A stretch of DNA of 64,000 nt from an uncultured Desulfarculus sp. (lineage in GTDB: Bacteria > Desulfobacterota > Desulfarculia > Desulfarculales > Desulfarculaceae): positions 2,336,001-2,400,000 of the forward strand of contig CAXXUK010000001.1 in the NCBI GenBank assembly GCA_963665125.2. The letters run 5' to 3'. Within the stretch, counting starts at the first letter, position 1. Each line of letters begins with the position of its first letter. The position numbers and the translations under genes were made by a program. The notes under the pieces are model-generated. The model searched no databases. It was not told the origin of the DNA and saw nothing but the letters and a program-made list of their open reading frames with translations. Shown here piece by piece: positions 57,858 through 64,000 of this stretch.

Positions 57858-59246
57858 GTGGCCAAGGTGCTCATCATCGACGACGACAGCATGTTCTGCG
57901 AAATGCTGGCCCACAAGATCGGCATCTTGGGTCACGAGGCCGTCCATGCCCACAGCCTGGCCGAAGGCCACTCAATCGTAAGCGCCCAGGCATTCGACGT
58001 GGTTTATCTGGATGTGCGCATGCCCGACGGCGACGGCATCCAGTGGCTGCCGCGCTTTCAGGAAACCCCGTCCAAACCAGAAGTGATCATCATGACCGGC
58101 GCGGGCGACCCGGACGGCGCGGAACTGGCCATCAAAAGCGGGGCCTGGGATTATGTAAGAAAGCCGTCATCCATGCAGGCCATGACCCTACCCCTGGTCC
58201 GGGCCCTGCAATACCGCCGTGAAAAGGATGAAAAGGCCCTCCAGGGCGACCTGCGGCTGGAAGGCCTGGTGGGCGGCTCCCCGGCTTTCCACCAGTGCCT
58301 GGACAAGCTGGCCCAGGCCGCGGCCAGCCAAGCGGCGGTGCTAATCCAGGGTGAAACCGGCACGGGCAAGGAGCTATTCGCCAGGGCCATCCATGAAAAC
58401 AGCGACCGCAAAAACCATCCGTTCGTGGTTGTCGATTGTTCGTCCCTGCCCCAGACCCTGGTGGAATCAATTATCCTGGGTTATGAAAAAGGGGCCTTTA
58501 CCGGGGCCTCCGAAGCCCGCAAGGGCCTGGTGGCCCAGGCAAACGGCGGCACCCTGTTTCTGGACGAGGTGGGCGAGTTGCCCCTGGCCATGCAGCGGGC
58601 CTTCCTGAGGGTGTTGCAGGAGCACAAGTTTCGGCCCATCGGCGCGGCCAAGGAGATCCACAGCGATTTCCGCCTGGTGGCGGCCACCAACCGCGACCTT
58701 GAGGTCTTGGTGGCGGGCGGCAACTTCCGACATGATCTGTTGTTCAGGCTCAGAAGCCTGACCATCGACCTGCCGCCCCTGCGGGCCAGGCGCAGCGATA
58801 TCGAACCGCTTACCCGCCATCATCTGGAAAAGCTCTGTTCCCGCTACAACCAGGCAGGCAAAGGCGTGACGCCGGAGCTTGTGGAAGCCCTGGAGCGATA
58901 CGACTGGCCGGGCAACGTCCGGGAACTCATCGGAGCTCTGGAGCAGGCGCTGGCCGCAGCCGGGGACTCGCCCATTTTGTATTTGCGCCACCTGCCCCAG
59001 CGCATCAGGGTGGCCAGGGCCAGGGCCTCGGCCGAGCCTGACGGGGCGTTTCCGGAGCCGAGCGAACTGTCCCGAGAGCTTTCCCTGCCGCCCCTGAAAC
59101 AATATCGCCGGGAAATGGACCGGCGATATTTCCAACAGCTCATGGGAATCTGCGGCGGCGATATCAAGCGGGCCATGGAGCAAAGCGGTCTGTCCCGCTC
59201 GCGTTTCTACGGCCTTTTAAAAGAGCTGGGCCTTCCGTCCCAATAA
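57858..59246 (+). CDS. sigma54-dependent response regulator (NtrC family)
   Basis: Receiver domain, GETGTGKE, GAFTGA, LFLDEV, WPGNVREL, C-terminal HTH. Confidence 0.96.
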   Translation: MAKVLIIDDDSMFCEMLAHKIGILGHEAVHAHSLAEGHSIVSAQAFDVVYLDVRMPDGDGIQWLPRFQETPSKPEVIIMTGAGDPDGAELAIKSGAWDYVRKPSSMQAMTLPLVRALQYRREKDEKALQGDLRLEGLVGGSPAFHQCLDKLAQAAASQAAVLIQGETGTGKELFARAIHENSDRKNHPFVVVDCSSLPQTLVESIILGYEKGAFTGASEARKGLVAQANGGTLFLDEVGELPLAMQRAFLRVLQEHKFRPIGAAKEIHSDFRLVAATNRDLEVLVAGGNFRHDLLFRLRSLTIDLPPLRARRSDIEPLTRHHLEKLCSRYNQAGKGVTPELVEALERYDWPGNVRELIGALEQALAAAGDSPILYLRHLPQRIRVARARASAEPDGAFPEPSELSRELSLPPLKQYRREMDRRYFQQLMGICGGDIKRAMEQSGLSRSRFYGLLKELGLPSQ

Positions 59247-59253
59247 TAGGAAT

Positions 59254-59296
59254 TGTCCTAATTTTGAGACAGATCCATTGTCCTGTTTTTTGGACT
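59254..59296. promoter_or_regulatory. Two tandem TGTC-N10-GAC(A/T) sites, putative enhancer
   Basis: TGTCctaattttgaGACA (59254) and TGTCctgttttttgGACT (59279). Confidence 0.6.
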
Positions 59297-59386
59297 ACCA
59301 CTCCGGCCGCAGCACCTCCCCCATTTACTCCACACACATCTCATTGATATTAGTAGTAATTTATTTATAAGCCCAAACCGCTACCT

Positions 59387-59402
59387 TGGCACGCTAATTG
59401 TA
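59387..59402 (+). promoter_or_regulatory. Probable sigma54 promoter of the acyl-CoA ligase gene
   Basis: TGGCACG-ctaa-TTGTA (-12 GT instead of GC), AT-rich tract upstream. Confidence 0.6.
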
Positions 59403-59470
59403 AACATTGTTTCTCCTGAAAAACCCGGTATACGGACCAGACCCTAAATTCATCTTTTCAGGAGCGGAAA

Positions 59471-61120
59471 ATGTCCCAAACTCGCCTCATTGAAAGAACC
59501 CCCGAAGCCTACTCGTATCCCCTATTGCTCAAACACATCCTGCGCACGCCTCTGCTCTACAGCCCCGATCAGGAAATCGTCTACCGCGGTGAAAAACGCA
59601 TAACCTATACAGAGTTCGACAAGATGGCCCGCAAGCTCGGCTCGGGCCTGGAGAAAATGGGCGTCAAACCCGGCGACGTCATCGGCGTCATGGATTGGGA
59701 CTCCCACCGCTACCTGGCTTCATATTTCGGCATTCCCTGCATAGGCGCGGTGATGCACACCATAAACGTGCGTCTGTCGCCCGAGCAGATCCTGTTCACC
59801 ATCAACCACGCCGAGGACACAGTGGTCTTTGTGCATGAAGAATTCGTGCCCATTGTCGAGGCCATCAAGGACCAGGCCCCCACGGTGAAAAAATGGGTAT
59901 TGATCAAGGAAGGCGACGCCGAGGTCAAATCAAGCATCAAATTCGACTGCGAGTTCGACGAAATCATCGCCAACGGCGACGATGATTATCAGTTCCCCGA
60001 GTTCGATGAAAACACCATGGCCACGCTGTTCTACACCACCGGCACCACCGGCGACCCCAAGGGCGTGTTCTTCAGCCACCGCCAGCTCATGCTGCACACC
60101 CTGACCATGGCCGTGTCCATGGGCTCTTTTGCCGGCAACGGCCGCTACCGCTCAGACGACGTATACATGCCCATCACCCCGATGTTCCATGTCCATGCCT
60201 GGGGCGTGCCGTATGTGTCGACCATGCTGGGCGTCAAACAGGTCTATCCCGGACGTTACGAGCCGGCATTGCTCCTGAAGCTGCTGATCAGCGAAAAAGT
60301 CACCTTCAGCCACTGCGTACCCACCATCCTGCATATGCTGGTCTCCAGTCCGGTGGCCAAGCAAGTAGATCTCAAGGGTTGGAAGGTAATTATCGGTGGT
60401 TCGGCTTTGCCCCGCGGTTTGGCCAAAGCTGCCATGGAACTGGGCATTGATATTTTCACGGGCTATGGCATGAGCGAGACATGCCCCTTGCTGAGCCTGT
60501 CCACTCTTGACCTGGATATGCTCGACAACGATATCGAAACCCAACTGGACTTCCGCGTCAAAACCGGCCGCCCGGTGCCGCTGGTGGACCTGCGCATCGT
60601 CGATCCGCTGATGAACGACCAGCCCAAGGACAACCAGTCCGCCGGTGAGATCGTGGTTCGGGCGCCCTGGCTGACCCAGGGTTACTACAAAAATCCCGAC
60701 AAGGGCAAGGAACTCTGGGAGGGCGGCTACCTGCACACAGGCGACGTGGCCGTGGTCGACGCCACCGGCTGGGTGCGCATCACCGACCGCATCAAGGACG
60801 TCATCAAGACCGGCGGCGAATGGATCAGCTCCCTGGAGTTGGAAAGCCTGATGAGCCAGGCTCCGGGCGTCAGCGAAGTGGCCGTGGTCGGCGTGCCCCA
60901 CGAAAAATGGGGTGAGCGGCCGGTGGCCTGGGTAGTGGCCGCCGAAGGCAATGGCGACGGCCTGCCCGAGGGCATCAAACAATACCTGAGCAAGTATGTC
61001 GAAGACGGCACCATCAGCAAGTGGGCCATCCCCGAGGAAATCACCGTGGTCAGCGAGATTCCCAAGACCTCGGTGGGCAAACTGGACAAGAAGGTCATCC
61101 GGGCCAAGCTGGCCGAATAG
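59471..61120 (+). CDS. Fatty acid--CoA ligase (medium-chain/AlkK-like)
   Basis: YTTGTTGDPKG, PMFHVHAWG, GYGMSET, HTGD, IKTGGEWISS, PKTSVGK. Confidence 0.93.
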   Translation: MSQTRLIERTPEAYSYPLLLKHILRTPLLYSPDQEIVYRGEKRITYTEFDKMARKLGSGLEKMGVKPGDVIGVMDWDSHRYLASYFGIPCIGAVMHTINVRLSPEQILFTINHAEDTVVFVHEEFVPIVEAIKDQAPTVKKWVLIKEGDAEVKSSIKFDCEFDEIIANGDDDYQFPEFDENTMATLFYTTGTTGDPKGVFFSHRQLMLHTLTMAVSMGSFAGNGRYRSDDVYMPITPMFHVHAWGVPYVSTMLGVKQVYPGRYEPALLLKLLISEKVTFSHCVPTILHMLVSSPVAKQVDLKGWKVIIGGSALPRGLAKAAMELGIDIFTGYGMSETCPLLSLSTLDLDMLDNDIETQLDFRVKTGRPVPLVDLRIVDPLMNDQPKDNQSAGEIVVRAPWLTQGYYKNPDKGKELWEGGYLHTGDVAVVDATGWVRITDRIKDVIKTGGEWISSLELESLMSQAPGVSEVAVVGVPHEKWGERPVAWVVAAEGNGDGLPEGIKQYLSKYVEDGTISKWAIPEEITVVSEIPKTSVGKLDKKVIRAKLAE

Positions 61121-61139
61121 ACCGATAAGCGCCAAATCG

Positions 61140-61172
61140 AGCCCTCGGCCTTTTGGCCGAGGGCTTCTTTTT
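61140..61172 (+). terminator. Intrinsic terminator
   Basis: AGCCCTCGGCC-tttt-GGCCGAGGGCT followed by TCTTTTT. Confidence 0.9.
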
Positions 61173-61177
61173 GACGT

Positions 61178-61206
61178 TTGACATATTCACAGTGCGGGTC
61201 TAGAAT
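61178..61206 (+). promoter_or_regulatory. sigma70-type promoter
   Basis: TTGACA-N17-TAGAAT. Confidence 0.75.
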
Positions 61207-61257
61207 TTGGACAATAGATCAACGTCTGCTCTGAAAACCCGGCAATGGAGGCCGAAA

Positions 61258-61473
61258 ATGTGCGAATGCTGTGGCAATCCCAAAAAGATGCAAGGTCTTG
61301 AAGACCTGGCCAACCACGATCATCATCACGACCACGAGCACGGCCATCACCACCATCACGACCACGAGCACGGCCATCACCACCATCATCACGGCCATGA
61401 TCATGACCATGATCACAGCCACGAGCATGTGGCCGCCGGTCCGCGAATTACCGTAATCGAGGCCGCCAAATAG
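61258..61473 (+). CDS. Cys/His-rich putative metal-binding peptide (71 aa)
   Basis: GGAGG RBS; MCECCG followed by a long His/Asp/Glu tract. Confidence 0.8.
   Translation: MCECCGNPKKMQGLEDLANHDHHHDHEHGHHHHHDHEHGHHHHHHGHDHDHDHSHEHVAAGPRITVIEAAK
61324..61388 (+). repeat. 30-bp tandem repeat (about 2 copies) inside the His tract
   Basis: CATCACGACCACGAGCACGGCCATCACCAC twice, exact. Confidence 0.9.
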
Positions 61474-61566
61474 GAGGATCGCCGGGTTTAGCTCAACTTT
61501 AAAATTCGCGTTTTTCGCTTTTTCAGGACGCCCCCGGATGGTTTACGGAGGCGTTTTTGTTTTGTC

Positions 61567-62766
61567 ATGAGTGCATCGGAAGACAAAAGACTACTGTTTA
61601 TTCTGGGTGTGGCCGTTTTCGTGGCCATGCTCGGCGTGGGCTCGATCGTGCCGTTTTTATCCATATACGGCATTGAACTGGGGGCCTCCGGTTGGGTCAT
61701 CGGCCTGATTTTCAGCGCTTTCAGCCTCAGCAGGGGTATTTTTGCGCCCATCGTCGGCATGCTTAGCGACCGCTATGGCCGCAAACGGTTCATCCTGCTG
61801 GGCCTGATGGGCTATTTCGCCGCCGCCTTGGGCCTGCTGATGGCCGCCACGGCCTGGGAACTGGTTTTTAACCGCCTGGCCCAGGGCGTATTCGCGGCCA
61901 TGGTTCTGCCGGTATGCCTGGCCGTGGTGGCCGACCTGACGCCCAAGGGGCAGGAAGGCCGCTACCTCGGCACCTTCAACACAGCCTTTTTGCTGGGCTT
62001 CGGCATCGGCCCCTTTGCCGGAGGCGTGGCCTATGACCTCTGGGGCATGGCCGGGGCTTTGCTGTTGATGGCCGGGGCCAGCGCGGTGGCCTTTCTGGCA
62101 GTGCTCATTGGAGTTCGTTCGCCAAAGAAAACCAGCCAGATCAAGGCCAAGGTGGGCCACAGCATCGATTTGTACAAGGACCGGGCTTTTTTGGGCCTGC
62201 TCACGGCCCGCATGGGCATGGCCGCCAGCATGGGCTGCTTTATCGCCTTCATCCCCTTGCAGGCCGCGGCCCTTGGCATGGCCCAGAGCCAGGTGGGCAC
62301 CTTTCTGGGCGTCAACGTCATCGTCATGGTGCTACTTCAGCGGCCCGGCGGCGCCCTGGCCGACCGACTGCCCCGCCTGCCCTTGGCCGTGGCCGGGCTG
62401 CTGGCTTCGGGCATCTGCAAGGCGTCCATAGCCTTTGCCGACGGCTTTTGGCCGATCATGGCCCTGGCCGTGGCCGAAGGGGCCGCCGGAGGCCTTGGCC
62501 TGCCCGCCATGATGGCCCTGGTCATCGACCGGGGAAAGGACCTGGGCTGCGAGATGGGCTCGGCCATGGGGGCCTTCACCACGGCCCTGAGCATTGGTGT
62601 CTTTGTCGGACCGCCCGTCGGCGGCTGGATGATAAATCAGTGGGGCGTCGGCGCGCCGCTGGTCTTCGCCGGTGCGGCGGCCTCGGCCGGGGCCATTGCC
62701 ATGGCCTTTTTGACCGGCTCGGCCGGCGTGGGCACGCGGCCCGTGGCCAAGCTGGATGTCACATAA
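61567..62766 (+). CDS. MFS transporter (DHA1/Tet-like)
   Basis: About 12 TM segments, GMLSDRYGRK motif A, R..QG, GIGPFAGG. Confidence 0.92.
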   Translation: MSASEDKRLLFILGVAVFVAMLGVGSIVPFLSIYGIELGASGWVIGLIFSAFSLSRGIFAPIVGMLSDRYGRKRFILLGLMGYFAAALGLLMAATAWELVFNRLAQGVFAAMVLPVCLAVVADLTPKGQEGRYLGTFNTAFLLGFGIGPFAGGVAYDLWGMAGALLLMAGASAVAFLAVLIGVRSPKKTSQIKAKVGHSIDLYKDRAFLGLLTARMGMAASMGCFIAFIPLQAAALGMAQSQVGTFLGVNVIVMVLLQRPGGALADRLPRLPLAVAGLLASGICKASIAFADGFWPIMALAVAEGAAGGLGLPAMMALVIDRGKDLGCEMGSAMGAFTTALSIGVFVGPPVGGWMINQWGVGAPLVFAGAAASAGAIAMAFLTGSAGVGTRPVAKLDVT

Positions 62767-62875
62767 ACGCCCAAGGCTAACAGGCCGGCGGCCCGCCCCG
62801 GCGGCTTGACTTTCAACCTGGCGCGGAGTATTGTCTTTGCTTACTGTGCCAGAGAAGTCAATTAGGGAAAATCTC

Positions 62876-64000
62876 ATGGACTATGAAGCGGTTATAGGGC
62901 TGGAGGTTCACGCCCAGCTCAGAACCAACACCAAGATATTTTGCGGATGCTCAACCAGCTTCGGCCAGCCGCCCAACACCAATGTCTGTCCGGTGTGCCT
63001 GGGCATGCCCGGCGTGCTGCCGGTGCTCAACAAAAAGGTGGTGGAGTTCGCCATGCTGGCGGCTCTGGCCACCGACTGCACCGTGGCCGAAAAAAGCGTC
63101 TGGGCCCGTAAAAACTATTTTTATCCTGACCTGCCCAAGGGCTATCAGATCAGCCAGTACGAGCTACCCATAGCCGAGCACGGTCACATCGACATCAAGG
63201 TCGGCGACGCGGATAAGCGCATCGGCATCACCCGCATCCACATGGAGGAAGACGCGGGAAAGCTGGTGCACGATCCGGCCCTGCCCCAAAGCTATGTCGA
63301 CCTCAACCGCACCGGCGTGCCGCTGATCGAGATCGTCAGCGAGCCGGACATGCGCTCGCCCGAGGAAGCCGCGGCCTACTTGAAGGCCCTACGCGACATC
63401 CTGGTCTATTTGGAGGTCTGCGACGGCAACATGGAAGAGGGTTCGTTCCGCTGCGACGCCAACGTGAGCATCCGGCCCATCGGCCGGGAAGAGTTCGGCA
63501 CCCGCGCGGAACTGAAAAACATGAACTCGTTCCGCAACGTGGCCAAGGCCATCGAGTACGAGATCAGGCGGCAAAAGGCCATCCTCGACGACGGCGGCCA
63601 GGTGGTGCAGCAAACCAGGCTCTGGGACGACGGCGCTGGCAAAACCATGGCCATGCGCGGCAAGGAAGAAGCCCACGACTACCGCTACTTCCCGGACCCG
63701 GACCTGCTGCCTCTTGTCATAGAAGCCGAGTGGCTTGACAAAGCCAGGCAGTCGCTGCCCGAGTTGCCCGAAGCCAAACGCGCGCGTTTCCAGAGCCAGT
63801 ACGGGCTCAGCGAATACGACGCCGAGGTGCTCACCGGCGAAAAGGCTCTGGCCGACTTTTTTGAGGCCACGGTAAGCGCCGGGGCCAAGGCCAAGGCCGC
63901 GGCCAACTGGATCATGAGCGACCTGCTTGGCGCTTTGCACGCCCAGGGCCAGCCCATTACCGACAGCCCGGTTTCACCACAGGCCCTGGCCGACCTGCTG
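62876..64000 (+). CDS. gatB: Asp/Glu-tRNA amidotransferase subunit B (runs off the window end)
   Basis: [57 protein letters not shown]. Confidence 0.97.
   Translation, partial: MDYEAVIGLEVHAQLRTNTKIFCGCSTSFGQPPNTNVCPVCLGMPGVLPVLNKKVVEFAMLAALATDCTVAEKSVWARKNYFYPDLPKGYQISQYELPIAEHGHIDIKVGDADKRIGITRIHMEEDAGKLVHDPALPQSYVDLNRTGVPLIEIVSEPDMRSPEEAAAYLKALRDILVYLEVCDGNMEEGSFRCDANVSIRPIGREEFGTRAELKNMNSFRNVAKAIEYEIRRQKAILDDGGQVVQQTRLWDDGAGKTMAMRGKEEAHDYRYFPDPDLLPLVIEAEWLDKARQSLPELPEAKRARFQSQYGLSEYDAEVLTGEKALADFFEATVSAGAKAKAAANWIMSDLLGALHAQGQPITDSPVSPQALADLL

Noticed and set aside
61320..61430. His-codon repeats as a CRISPR-like array
   Set aside because: Contiguous in-frame coding repeats with no spacers and no cas genes; no CRISPR, tRNA or rRNA seen anywhere in the window.

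Overview
GC-rich bacterial chromosomal window. The gene content (methylmalonyl-CoA mutase, acyl-CoA ligases/hydratases, two CbiK chelatases, class II RNR, sigma54 regulation) suggests an anaerobic fatty-acid-degrading deltaproteobacterium (Desulfobacterota-like; this is inference). Housekeeping and metabolic genes include: a biotin carrier-carboxyltransferase-mutase operon, aspS/hisS, two tandem amt-glnK units each with a sigma54 promoter, a cobalamin riboswitch ahead of an exported CbiK, a TetR/2-hydroxyacyl-CoA dehydratase/acyl-CoA ligase cluster, nrdJ, comEC, cobO, pcnB, suhB, dinB, a GpgS-like glycosyltransferase, a PAS hybrid kinase/sigma54 regulator/acyl-CoA ligase module, and the 5' part of gatB. 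The most notable signals are: (1) a probable selenoprotein gene missing from the ORF track (29045-29353, minus; in-frame TGA in GGG-U-G followed by a SECIS-like hairpin); (2) an AT-rich solitary protein kinase gene ending in the SSB-tail sequence DDDIPF; (3) a ~150-bp four-hairpin dispersed repeat with a second, decayed copy 10 kb away; (4) a stand-alone Cys/His-rich metal-binding peptide; (5) PII proteins lacking Tyr51 and Lys90; and (6) tiny ORFs behind a consensus sigma54 promoter. No rRNA, tRNA, CRISPR array or transposase was seen.
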